Source: a virus (taxonomy: Duplodnaviria; Heunggongvirae; Uroviricota; Caudoviricetes; Crassvirales). From it: a stretch of DNA of 32,218 nt. Below are positions 1 to 10,400 of this stretch, one piece after another. The notes under the pieces are model-generated. The model was not told where the DNA came from. It searched no databases and saw only the letters and a list, made by a program, of their open reading frames with translations. Both the position numbers and the translations under genes were made by a program. The stretch lies in IMG/VR virus record IMGVR_UViG_3300020050_008479. One strand, given 5' to 3'. Within the stretch, counting starts at the first letter, position 1. Each line of letters opens with the position of its first letter.

Positions 1-860
1 AATTTACCAACTCTTTCTTCCATTGACTGGTCGTTTAAGTTTTCGAGTAAATCTTGATTGACTCTTTCGTCAAGCAACTCTTTTGTTAAAGATTCAATCG
101 CGTAAGATTCTAATCCAAATGTTCTATGAAGATAATCCATAACCCAATTACGGAACGATTCCCAAGTTGATTTAGTTTCAGCAGAAGTTCTTTCGTCCCA
201 TATCTCAGATCCTTTTCTACCGATAGCTGTTGCTAGAATCTCTTTATGCAAATCATCTTCCATAAGCTCAGGATACAGAGCTTCTACTTCTGACCATAAC
301 TTAGTACCTCTAAGAGAAGATAGTCCTTTCTGAAGCCTAGGATTAGCTAATCCTTTAGGAAATGAATCAATAAATATATGACTAAACTCGTGTATGGCTG
401 TAGTCTTGAATATTTTTGCTGGATTAATAAGAATTACTGGCTTTCCAGCGGCAATAGTTCTAGGGTCATTTGATCCAAGTACTCTTGAAGTCTCTACGTC
501 TGAATCCAAAATAACATCAACATTCATGTTCTCTTGAAGTAATTCAATTTTTTGAGCAAACGTATTCATATCTTCTTCTAAATAATCTCCATTTAATTGA
601 GACTTTTCTTGTGCATAGGAAAATCCTTTTGCTTTGTCAATTGCCTGAAAAAGAGCAGTATTTGGTATTGCTTTGTTGTTTTCCTCAAGAAACAACTTTC
701 CTTTAGTTCCGTAATTCTTTTCAGCAAAAGCAGAAAATTTCTTATTACTTTTTCTAAATATATTTTCATCTATAATGTTCAAGAACTTATCTATCGCACC
801 ATTAGTGCGCATCCACGCTTTGGTGGATGCTTCACTAGTTTTAAATTCACATGATTTCAT
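1..860 (-). CDS. Large virion protein with zincin-like metallopeptidase motif (3'-partial; runs off the left edge; absent from the ORF track)
   Basis: Hand translation from ATG at 860 is open for 286 codons to the window edge: MKSCEFKTSEAS...TAIHEFSHIFIDS...LHKEILATAIGRKG...EERVGK. The HEFSH (HExxH) motif is at 378-392, with a downstream Glu-containing helix (KEILATAIG). The start lies 1 nt after the RNAP stop (TAA T ATG), which suggests translational coupling. Confidence 0.9.
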   Translation of the reverse strand, partial: MKSCEFKTSEASTKAWMRTNGAIDKFLNIIDENIFRKSNKKFSAFAEKNYGTKGKLFLEENNKAIPNTALFQAIDKAKGFSYAQEKSQLNGDYLEEDMNTFAQKIELLQENMNVDVILDSDVETSRVLGSNDPRTIAAGKPVILINPAKIFKTTAIHEFSHIFIDSFPKGLANPRLQKGLSSLRGTKLWSEVEALYPELMEDDLHKEILATAIGRKGSEIWDERTSAETKSTWESFRNWVMDYLHRTFGLESYAIESLTKELLDERVNQDLLENLNDQSMEERVGK

Positions 861-861
861 A

Positions 862-3800
862 TTAACAGGTTAATGGGTTTTCACTCGTATTTGTTTCGTC
901 TTCTTCTGACAAAGGTAACGCTTTATTTTCTTTCTCTCTAACTGGGGATAACATATCTTCTTTTAAAAATAATCCTCTAGCTCTAGCTTCATCCATAAAC
1001 TCGTTAATTTGAGTCTGTTGAGACTCACTAATATTGTTTTCAGATATTACTGAGTTAGTTGATTTCTTATCGTATTGATATTCAACTATGCTACCATTAT
1101 TGTATTTTGCTCCAAGTTTAAAAGTTCTCACGTAAGTTGGCATAAACTTTTCTTTCTCATTGCCATTCTTATCAACAGTCATGCTTTTAGACATTCCTAC
1201 TAATTTATAAAGAACGGTAGTTTCAGAAGGAATACCACTATACTCTCCATTGTCTTTAAAAACTCTTGAAACAAACTCAGGATAAGTACCAGCTCCATCT
1301 TTAGAAAGTCCGGTCATAATTCCTCCTTTAGTTTCAGTTCCTTCATCGTAAACAAATCCGGTTGACGCAATTGTATTTCCAACTCTCTTAATGTTTTTAG
1401 AAGATACTCTTTGAACTATCTTTCTATCAGCAGAAGAGTGTCTGAACATTTGGTCCCTAAAATCTTCACTCAAGTCCATAGCGTTCATTTCTTGATGAAT
1501 AGCTTTGATGTGTTCTGATACTCCTGCATTAACTAAAGCTTCATGAGGAATATGAGTAAAGAATTGATTTAGATTAGTTTTAAATCCAGATTGGCTAAAT
1601 GCATATCTAATCAGTCTATTTCCTAAAACTCTTTCTTCTTTTATATTACTTCTTAATAGTTCAACCCAAGCTCTATAGATTTTATTATTATAAGTCTTAG
1701 GCTTATTCTTGCTACTAATTTTCAAGAAGTTATATCCTGCAGAACTTCTTATTTCTAGTTCTTGTATTAAGAAATTAGTAGATCCATCTTCTTTCATTTT
1801 GTATATATCTTCCGGAACTTGTCGGAATAACACATCTATGTCTTTCAAGTTGTCTTTAAAGATGTCAAGTCCAGACATAGCATAAGAATAGAAATCAGCA
1901 GAAATGCTTTTTATAAACTCTTCATTTGTAGATAATGCTCCTTTTCCAGTTCTTTCAGACATGTTGTTTATTGTTGATTGAAGAGTTGGATTTGCAGATA
2001 TGAATAAATCATTATCTACGACTAACTTATTAACCCAATCAATACCATTTTGTCTATAAGTACCTGTAAATGTATCTTTAAATTTATCAACAAAACCTTG
2101 AATTTTGTCGTTGAATAATACATTTTCATACTTGTTTTTAGCAACCATCATTTGAGCAAAATCTCCTGCATCAGGAGTTTTAGACGCTCCTACAGCTTCA
2201 GCAAAGAATTTTGATTTCTCTTGAAAGTACTCAAAAATATTAAGAGTTTCCTCTTGCATTGCTACTTCTTCTTCAGTGAAATTACTCATGTCTTTGTCTT
2301 CGCTGAACTTTTTAATAGTCTCTTCTAATTGTTTAAAAGAATACTTTTTAACATAGTTTTCAACATCAATAGCGTTTACAGGTTTTTTACCTAATCCATT
2401 TGACTTTCTAACAAACTCAGTAGCATTAAATCTTTCACCATCAATTGCTAATTCTTGAGAAGTTATACCTTCTGAATTTTTTGTCGTTCTAGTCATCTCA
2501 GAAAGCATTGGCTGAGCAACAAATCTATTTACCCATTCAACTGGAGTTCCAGCGCGCAACAACATAAAGGTAACTCCTGAAGTTATTCCATTGTGATTAC
2601 CTCTAGAAATGTATGGATCTTTAGCAATATCCACATAAGCATTCAAGAAAGCTGAGATTGCATCTGCAATAGCGTGTCCATCATTTATATCGTATTCATT
2701 ATCAAACTTTGTATTACCAAAATTGTCTTTGGCACCTATACCTAAGTATCCGTCAAAAGTTATGTTCTGGTGTCTATTTACCATGTGATCTACAAGTTGA
2801 TTCGCAGTTTGAGCAACACCAATCTTTCCGGATAAGTATTCAAACTTAGTTTTCATTTGGTAGGCAGGAGAATAAAAAGTCAAATCTTCCAGAGAAGTCT
2901 CCGGAAACATTCCAACAATATCGTCCTTGAAAAATGACGCATCAATAGAAGTCATAACCTTATCGTAAGCGGATTCACTCTTAAGAATTGAAGAATACAA
3001 ATCAATTAATCTATTCTGAACAGCCTTCATGCTTTTTGAATTCTCATCGTGAGGAACGGCAGTAACTTTTCCAGTAGTTTTATCTACATGAAGATTTGGC
3101 ATCATTACATACATTTTATCAATATCAAAATCCGAACCAGTCTTAGCCGGAACAGCATCGTATGCAATTATTGAATCTCCAACCCCTGGAGGAAGTATTC
3201 CAACAATTTCCATCGCGTCATTAGACGACATTCCTTGATTAGGAATTCTATAAGTAACCAGCTGCAAAGCAGAAGGATCTATCATTGCCATTAATTGCTT
3301 ACCTGACATTCCATTCCAATCAGTTCCTTCCGGAAGTAATTTAAGTAATGCTGAGTGAGGCATGAAACATTGGCCAGGCATATAAGTTTTAGTTGCCTTG
3401 TCGTAATGTGGCGGTTTCAATCCTTTCTTATCGTAATTGTCAGACACAATCTTAATACCAGATTTCTCAATATCACTAATAGCGTCGAATCCAAATTGAC
3501 TAACTTGAATAAATGAACCACCATTGGTGTAGACCTTTGTCAACTGCTTATTCATCATAGACATAAACACATTCTCAACTTTATTTCTAATTTGAGGTAT
3601 TGCGTCAAATGGCAAATCTTTCTCAAGTGCTGCAAGTATGTTGTCATTTCCACCTCTTGATTTAAACTCAGATATAAGAGAAGAGTAAACTCTATCCATG
3701 TTATTTATCTTCATTTTACCAGTAGATAGATCTTCTTTAATGTCAAATTCTTCCATTAAACTAGCTTTACCCATGTCAGATAAGTTAGATAATGTAGAGT

Positions 3801-6800
3801 GTATCATTTCAAGAACTTTATCTCCTTGAATTTCTTCTCCATTGAAGTTGTAAGTTCCATTTACATCTATACCAGCCAAGATATTTTTTTGAATTTGTGA
3901 ACCAACCATTGTCTCGTGAGCAAGTTTTGTCGGAAGATCTTGTTGTAATTTCCAACCTCTATTCTTTAAAGGAACAGGATTCAATTCAAAATCAACTTTC
4001 ATGTCTCCATTTGGTTCGTGAATTAGTGTAGGTGCAGTAGCTCCAACTTTAATTCCGTCAATAGTTACAACTTCGTGTATCTCATCTTTACCAGAAAGAG
4101 TATTTCCATCTTTATCTTTTGTCATTTTATCCAATAGAGCTTGCATAGGAGTTCCTTTTACTAGCTGTGGTATAAGTACTGCTTGAGAGTATTTAAGATA
4201 AACAGGGACAGTAGAATTAAGCTCAAAGTAAACTCCTTTCATTGGCTGAGCAACTAATTTCATTTCATTTTTAGATAGCTTTTGACCTACTTTTCCATTT
4301 TTAGGATTAACATACATCATTTTTTCCCAAGCAGATTGATGAGATTCTGGACCAGTAGTCCATTGACCTAATCTTTCTTTAAGAAATTTCCATCTTCTTG
4401 GAGTAATCCAGGCTTGAGCATCAGTTGAGTTGACCCCACCTTTAGTGTATGCGTCAGCAATAGATTTGTCTTTTACAGACTCTCTAATTAAATCTACATA
4501 TCTAGAAGATATTTCAACTCCTTTCACAGTTGCTTGATTAAAATACACATGGTCATTAAGCGATAGAAACAATTGTAATCCATCAGTATATGACGCCGGA
4601 GTTCTCTTAATCATGTCAGACATGTTTTTAAAGTATGCAGGATCTCCTAAGAATAATTTGTTATACTCAATTGTATTTATAATACTATTCATAAAGAAGT
4701 CTCCAGACATTGCACGAACCGGATCTCTAGAACCTTCATAGGCTCCAATTATGTTCTCATCAACAGATAAGTTTGTCGCAACTTCAGCAGTGTGAATAAT
4801 TCCCATGTCGTCCATGTTCTTTAAGTTCTCATCTAGTCTAGTTACTAATGCTTTTTTTATTGATTCTTTAACTATAGCTTTTTGCTCATTAGTCATTCCG
4901 GAAGTTGAATACATTCCGTTTTCTTGGCCCAATGGTAATCCGTCTTTATATAAAGTAATGTATTCTAAAGAATCTTTATCCATGTTCTCTGGAGATAAGC
5001 TAGGAAAAGTCTGTGACTTAAGTCCATTAGGAATACCCTTACCTACAGTGTGATAGTGTACTATTAATTTTTCAGGACTTAAAGTCGCAAGTTCGTTGCT
5101 AACTTTTTTCATTCTATTGTACTCATCTTCAAAGTAATCTGATAAAACACTTAAGGTCTCATCATTAATATACCACTCTCCATCAACATAGTCAATTTTG
5201 GAATCAAAAGTTGGCATACCTTCAATCTCAATCTTTCTACCTTTATCAGCAGCAAGAAGAGTTTGTGCGTAATTTTTTCCTCCAGCTTTATGACCAAGAG
5301 TTTTAGCGATTGCGTTGTTAAGCGCATCGACAGGTGAGATTTCTTTGGTGTCTTTACCGTCATTTTCTCCTTTAGATTTGAATGAACTATCTAGTCCAAT
5401 TTGTATTTCTGAGATTCTTCTTTTTGATTCTTTTTCTCTTTTACTTGCATTTGAAGCTATTAAAACTCCTTGTCTACTCTTCTCTGCGTTAAGCAAGTAT
5501 TTAAGCCAAAGAGATCCTTTATGATAAGCACTTACTGCAAGTTTATCTAATTCAGAAGCGTCTCTTTTCCATTCATTTATTACGTTATGTAGGTAAGATG
5601 GATTAGAATAAGCAAAATAACTTTTACCATTATTAGCAAGAACATTGTTTTCAGCCATATTTATTTCAAACAAAGCTTTTGCTCTTGATAATAATTTCAC
5701 AACTTCTTGGTTGTCAAATGGATTTACTTTCTCATCTCCGGCAACCAATGATGTCTTTGGATCAAGTATGTATTTAAGCATGTAGTCAGTTGATTTGAAT
5801 AAATCAAGTATTGACTCAACGGCTTTTTCTTCTCCACCTGTCATTCTCATATAAGAAATAACATCGTTATTAGTTATGTCGGCGCCAAGCCCGTTGAATA
5901 AATCAACTACTTTTGGTATTTGCAACATAACTTGTCTCATTTGAACTGGATGCTCTTGACCAGCTATTAATTGGCCAAAATCTCTCATATTCTCAGTAAG
6001 AGCAATCTTAGTTTGAGCGATAGCATCCCTAGCATCATCAGTTAATTCATCTCCATTAGTGAATGTCTTAGCGAATTTAACTCCCCACTGACCTCGTATT
6101 TTACTGTCTCTTGAATTGGTAGAAGTAGCATTGATTATTTTATACTTATTCGTGGCTTTATCTACCTCAGTTACATAAAAGTTAAGTTTTGATTTAGCAA
6201 AAGTTTGAACAAATTGAGCTTGTTGATTGAGGTCCATTTTGTTTACTCTTTCTAATAGTCCGCCCATCCATGGCTTAACTGAAGCTAAAGCTTTCATTTC
6301 AATCTTCATTATGTCCAATGCGTTGACTAAATCATCGCCATTACTATTGTGAGATACTATATCTGACAATAATGGCTGAAGCGTACCCCAAACATCATCG
6401 AATTCTGCAAACTTAGCTTTACCTAAGAAAGAGTCTCTTTTGTGGCGAATCCTTGGAACAGAAAGATCTTTTACATCCTGCTCGCTAAGATTTCCAATAA
6501 CTTCTCCTTTTAAATGTCTTTGTCTCAATCCGTTGACTTGAACTTGAGTTAATTTATGTCTTTCAGCAACTCTTTTTGAAGCAGCAGAAAACTCAGGATT
6601 ACCTTCAGTGTCCGGCAATAAACTAAGAACTAATTTAATTCTTGCTGGAGCTGTTTCTTTTGAATTAGTTTCAAATGATTCAGCAATATTTATTCCTCCT
6701 GCTTTCTCATCTTCTCCTAATTCAGTTTCGTATTCTCCTTTTTCATTAAGAATGCTTTGACGATAAGTTAAGCCTAATTCTTCAATTTTATTCAACACCT

Positions 6801-7368
6801 CAATCTTAAAATCTTCTTTGTATTTTAAAACCAAATCAGCTCTTCTCAATAATTCTGGATCAGATACTGAGTTTTTGTAGTTTTGAATAAAGTTTTCTAT
6901 AGTAGAGATTACTTTCTTTGGATTTAATTTTGATAAATCTTCAAAGTTCTCAGCCATATTCTCTGTAACAAATGCATTAAGAATTATTTTAGAAACTTCT
7001 TCGGATTGATCTGAAGTCATTCCAGGAAACTTAATTTTGTTAATGTATTTTCTTATTCCATTAGGAAATTGGAAGTAATACTGATCGTATTCAGTAACTT
7101 TGTCTCCTTTGATTACTCTTTTTCTAATCAATTTAGGCTCACCTTGGTCATTAACTCTAGTAGAGATTTTAGATCCTAAAGGTAAATTAATATCTTCTGA
7201 ATGTCCATTTGAAAATGAAGTAGCATAGTCTCCAAAAAGCTCTATGAATTTATTTCCACTAATTTTAGAATACTCAGCAAGTGCCGCGTCTTCTCCTAAG
7301 ATTCTTTCAAGTTCTTTGTACAGTCCGGATTCTCTCCCATCTGTCTTTGCAAATACTTTACAAGCCAT
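862..7368 (-). CDS. Virion-packaged single-chain DNA-dependent RNA polymerase (phi14:2 gp66-like; two-barrel, QDE-1-related)
   Basis: 2168 aa. The catalytic motif GSDFDIDK has D1413-F-D-I-D1417 at nt 3118-3132, preceded by YRIPNQG (3232-3252). Other crAss RNAP-like blocks: DAQAWITP, YLKYS, KLQQDLP, GSQIQKNI, NAYVDIAKDP. Size and motif match phi14:2 gp66 (about 2180 aa, DFDID). Confidence 0.95.
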   Translation of the reverse strand: MACKVFAKTDGRESGLYKELERILGEDAALAEYSKISGNKFIELFGDYATSFSNGHSEDINLPLGSKISTRVNDQGEPKLIRKRVIKGDKVTEYDQYYFQFPNGIRKYINKIKFPGMTSDQSEEVSKIILNAFVTENMAENFEDLSKLNPKKVISTIENFIQNYKNSVSDPELLRRADLVLKYKEDFKIEVLNKIEELGLTYRQSILNEKGEYETELGEDEKAGGINIAESFETNSKETAPARIKLVLSLLPDTEGNPEFSAASKRVAERHKLTQVQVNGLRQRHLKGEVIGNLSEQDVKDLSVPRIRHKRDSFLGKAKFAEFDDVWGTLQPLLSDIVSHNSNGDDLVNALDIMKIEMKALASVKPWMGGLLERVNKMDLNQQAQFVQTFAKSKLNFYVTEVDKATNKYKIINATSTNSRDSKIRGQWGVKFAKTFTNGDELTDDARDAIAQTKIALTENMRDFGQLIAGQEHPVQMRQVMLQIPKVVDLFNGLGADITNNDVISYMRMTGGEEKAVESILDLFKSTDYMLKYILDPKTSLVAGDEKVNPFDNQEVVKLLSRAKALFEINMAENNVLANNGKSYFAYSNPSYLHNVINEWKRDASELDKLAVSAYHKGSLWLKYLLNAEKSRQGVLIASNASKREKESKRRISEIQIGLDSSFKSKGENDGKDTKEISPVDALNNAIAKTLGHKAGGKNYAQTLLAADKGRKIEIEGMPTFDSKIDYVDGEWYINDETLSVLSDYFEDEYNRMKKVSNELATLSPEKLIVHYHTVGKGIPNGLKSQTFPSLSPENMDKDSLEYITLYKDGLPLGQENGMYSTSGMTNEQKAIVKESIKKALVTRLDENLKNMDDMGIIHTAEVATNLSVDENIIGAYEGSRDPVRAMSGDFFMNSIINTIEYNKLFLGDPAYFKNMSDMIKRTPASYTDGLQLFLSLNDHVYFNQATVKGVEISSRYVDLIRESVKDKSIADAYTKGGVNSTDAQAWITPRRWKFLKERLGQWTTGPESHQSAWEKMMYVNPKNGKVGQKLSKNEMKLVAQPMKGVYFELNSTVPVYLKYSQAVLIPQLVKGTPMQALLDKMTKDKDGNTLSGKDEIHEVVTIDGIKVGATAPTLIHEPNGDMKVDFELNPVPLKNRGWKLQQDLPTKLAHETMVGSQIQKNILAGIDVNGTYNFNGEEIQGDKVLEMIHSTLSNLSDMGKASLMEEFDIKEDLSTGKMKINNMDRVYSSLISEFKSRGGNDNILAALEKDLPFDAIPQIRNKVENVFMSMMNKQLTKVYTNGGSFIQVSQFGFDAISDIEKSGIKIVSDNYDKKGLKPPHYDKATKTYMPGQCFMPHSALLKLLPEGTDWNGMSGKQLMAMIDPSALQLVTYRIPNQGMSSNDAMEIVGILPPGVGDSIIAYDAVPAKTGSDFDIDKMYVMMPNLHVDKTTGKVTAVPHDENSKSMKAVQNRLIDLYSSILKSESAYDKVMTSIDASFFKDDIVGMFPETSLEDLTFYSPAYQMKTKFEYLSGKIGVAQTANQLVDHMVNRHQNITFDGYLGIGAKDNFGNTKFDNEYDINDGHAIADAISAFLNAYVDIAKDPYISRGNHNGITSGVTFMLLRAGTPVEWVNRFVAQPMLSEMTRTTKNSEGITSQELAIDGERFNATEFVRKSNGLGKKPVNAIDVENYVKKYSFKQLEETIKKFSEDKDMSNFTEEEVAMQEETLNIFEYFQEKSKFFAEAVGASKTPDAGDFAQMMVAKNKYENVLFNDKIQGFVDKFKDTFTGTYRQNGIDWVNKLVVDNDLFISANPTLQSTINNMSERTGKGALSTNEEFIKSISADFYSYAMSGLDIFKDNLKDIDVLFRQVPEDIYKMKEDGSTNFLIQELEIRSSAGYNFLKISSKNKPKTYNNKIYRAWVELLRSNIKEERVLGNRLIRYAFSQSGFKTNLNQFFTHIPHEALVNAGVSEHIKAIHQEMNAMDLSEDFRDQMFRHSSADRKIVQRVSSKNIKRVGNTIASTGFVYDEGTETKGGIMTGLSKDGAGTYPEFVSRVFKDNGEYSGIPSETTVLYKLVGMSKSMTVDKNGNEKEKFMPTYVRTFKLGAKYNNGSIVEYQYDKKSTNSVISENNISESQQTQINEFMDEARARGLFLKEDMLSPVREKENKALPLSEEDETNTSENPLTC

Positions 7369-7388
7369 ATTTATTATTTTAAATTGTT

Positions 7389-7417
7389 AAAAAATAGCCC
7401 TTCGTTAAAAGGGCTAT
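7389..7417 (-). terminator. Intrinsic terminator between the 1731-aa gene and the RNAP gene
   Basis: Minus strand reads ATAGCCCTT-TTAACG-AAGGGCTAT followed by a T-run: a perfect 9-bp stem, 6-nt loop and U-tract, starting 9 nt after the upstream stop. Confidence 0.85.
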
Positions 7418-7425
7418 ATATTGTT

Positions 7426-10400
7426 TTAGAATCCACAACCTGCTTCATCTTGGAAATCATTATAAAAATCTGACAATGAATCTTCCTCGTTGTATTGAGC
7501 TAGATTAACATCATCATTGCTAACTTGATTAAAATCAGGGACTTTCTCAGTTTCTAATTGAATATCAAGCGTACTAGTTGAATTATTAATTTCATCAAGA
7601 GCAGATAAATCCGCTTGTTCTTGCTCTATCGCTAATTCATTTGACAAATCTACTGAATTCATTCCCATTAATAGCATTTTTGGATCACTAATTTTAGGTG
7701 ATTCTTCTTCTGGATTTTTACTTGCTTGAAGTTCAGCGCTATATGCATCTGCCTGTTCTTTTATAGATATTCTCATTTCAAGAGGAACTGAATCTATCAA
7801 AGCTTGTTCTGATACCGTAAAATCAGTTATCATTTTACCATTGTATAACATTTCTCTAACTAAGTCTTCTCCTGTAGTAGTTATGATTTCTTCAGAACCA
7901 ACCTCTTCAGTTTTACCTGTAAATTTACCGGTGTATTTTGCCATTACTTTGGCTCCAACTGACGATGTAGATAAGATTTCATTACCATTAGAAGCTGAGC
8001 CTGGAGTAATATTGATTATAGTATTTAATGCAGTCGCTGCATAAACCTGATTACCAATAGTTATTTTTTCATACTTAAGAAGTCCTGATTTAAGTAAAGC
8101 TTTGTTGATTAATTTAAAGTCTTTCTTAGGATCTAATTCTTTACCAGTTTTTTCATTAACAACTATCCCTCCATCTTTAATAACTAAGTTGAAATTACTT
8201 TTAGAATCTTTCTTAATCACAACTTTTATTTCATTAGTATCCTGATCAGGCAAGTTTGACATGTCGTTTTGTTCTGAGTTAAGCGCTTTTAATTCAGCAT
8301 CATATTTAGCATTAACTTTTTCTGCTATTTTTGGTATTACAGTTTCTTCAACAAATGCTCTAGCTTCTTCTCTTGTATCAAATCTACCACTTAAAGCTTT
8401 TGAATTTAAATAACCTGTATTAGTATTTGCTTTTAATGCTATATTTACAACAAACTTATCGTCTTGACCATTAATTACACCACCTTCTGCTTCTGAAGTA
8501 TTAAATTCAAATTTTCCAAATTTATATTCTAATTTAGCTAAATCTTCTTGTCTTCTTTTTTCAATTGATTCTACAGTTGGGGAACTATCTATTTTTTTTA
8601 CTTTTTGAGTCTGAACAACTACCTTTGTAGCAGGACCAGAAACTTTCTCTGCATTGTACTTGTCATTAACTGCTTGTTTTGCTAATTCTGCAGTATCTCT
8701 TAATATTTCTACAGCAGTATTAGAAGAGTCATAGTATGTTGCAGCGAATTTACCGTTGGTTGATTTGTCTGAATACGTACCAGCTTTTTCTGACATCTTT
8801 CTTCTTTCAGATTTAGGCTTTCCTCCTGGCACCGGAGGAGTGTGTTGTAATAGTTGAGCTGGATTAGAGACTGGAACTGGTTTAACAGTGTCAGGAGCTT
8901 TAATATAAATATCAGTTTTACCTCCAAATAAAGGCCCGTTAGTTACCGCATCAGTATTTATCAATCCAGAAGATATTGCGTAATCTCTATATGCCGGTGA
9001 AGATTGCCACAATCCAACATTAAATTGTCTTCTTTTAGTATTCATTAAAAACTCAACTAGTTTCTCATGATTGAATAAAGATTTTGGAGTAACTTTTAAA
9101 TCTGCATTACCAAACTTGACCCACTCACCGCTAATAAACAACTCTGAAGCTTTACCTTCAGTTTGAGGAGACACGTATGTAAAGAAATCTACTATATCCA
9201 TTAGAGAAGGATCTGCTTTCTCCATGGCGCCCAACTCTTCTTTCATTGTTTCAAGAATCTTAAGTCTTGTTTCTTCCTTCATTTGTGACAAAGGAGTTTC
9301 AAACTTATTTTCTTTAGTGATTACAGAAGTCAACAATCCTGCTATTATTTCAGCTTCATTTTGACTATGCTTTTTAACGTTAAGTTTTAATGGAAATTTA
9401 GTTCCATCAGCCTTTGGTACTGATAAAAATATTGTACCTCTCATTGGAGTCTTGGCTCCGGTAGTTCCAGTAAGTAACGGAAGCGTTAACTGTCTACCAA
9501 CAAATTCTTTATGACGCTCGCCATCCATATTCATTAACTCTCCGAATTCATTTGTATACATTAAGCTTTCTTCTATAGCCTGAGTCACTTGATCTGGCGA
9601 TGCTTGAGCTCCTTTTAAATCAAACAATTCATCCATTATTGGACCTAAGTGTTGTAAATCACCAATGTTATTCTCTGGTATTACTCCATCAATAGCTGGT
9701 GACGCATTAACTTTTCCTCCATATTGAACAGTTACTTTTGAAGTAGTAGTTTTAGATGGATTAGAATTCATTTGATCTATAAATGCTTTTCTAATAGGAA
9801 AGTCTTGTCTGGCCCAAGCTGCTTCGTATCCTGAATTTTGCCCTTCAAGTCTAGCTGACAAGAATGCACTTCTTTCGTCAAATTCAGTATCTCCATCTTG
9901 CTTATCTATGATTACTTTCAAAGGAAGATGATTGTATACGTTTGCATTTATGATTCCATTATTGAAGTCATCTATTGCTTGTTTTACTAATTGAGGTTGC
10001 TTAGCTCCTGCATAAACTACTGTGCCTGGTTGAATAGTAACCGGAGTTCCTATCTTGTTCTTTCCATTTAACATCCAGTCATTGTAATTTTTATTACCAG
10101 TAGCCCCATAAATACTAGTATTCTCTGAGGCTTCTGACATTTTTTTCTTAGCAATGTCACTTTGTTTAACCATTGCTCCATGAATATCAACCTCTTCTCC
10201 GGCAAGTTCATCTTCTAAATTCTTTCCTACTGGAATTATATTGGCGTCTGGAACAGCGGTTGGATTGTTTATAGCTGAAGCTTGACCTTCTTTAGTAAGA
10301 GTTGTTTTATGCTCGTCTTGCTTAGCTTTAGCGGCACTATTTTTCTCTTCTATAGCTATCTCATCAATTCTTTTATCTACCAACGCGTGTAGTTCAGCTT

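Noticed and set aside
597-854. 85-aa plus-strand ORF in the track
   Set aside because: Antisense shadow of the real minus-strand zincin gene; no start context or recognisable motif.
862-7368. Intein or group I intron in the RNAP gene
   Set aside because: Length matches the uninterrupted phi14:2-type enzyme; no internal C/S…HN splice junctions, LAGLIDADG motifs or frame breaks seen.
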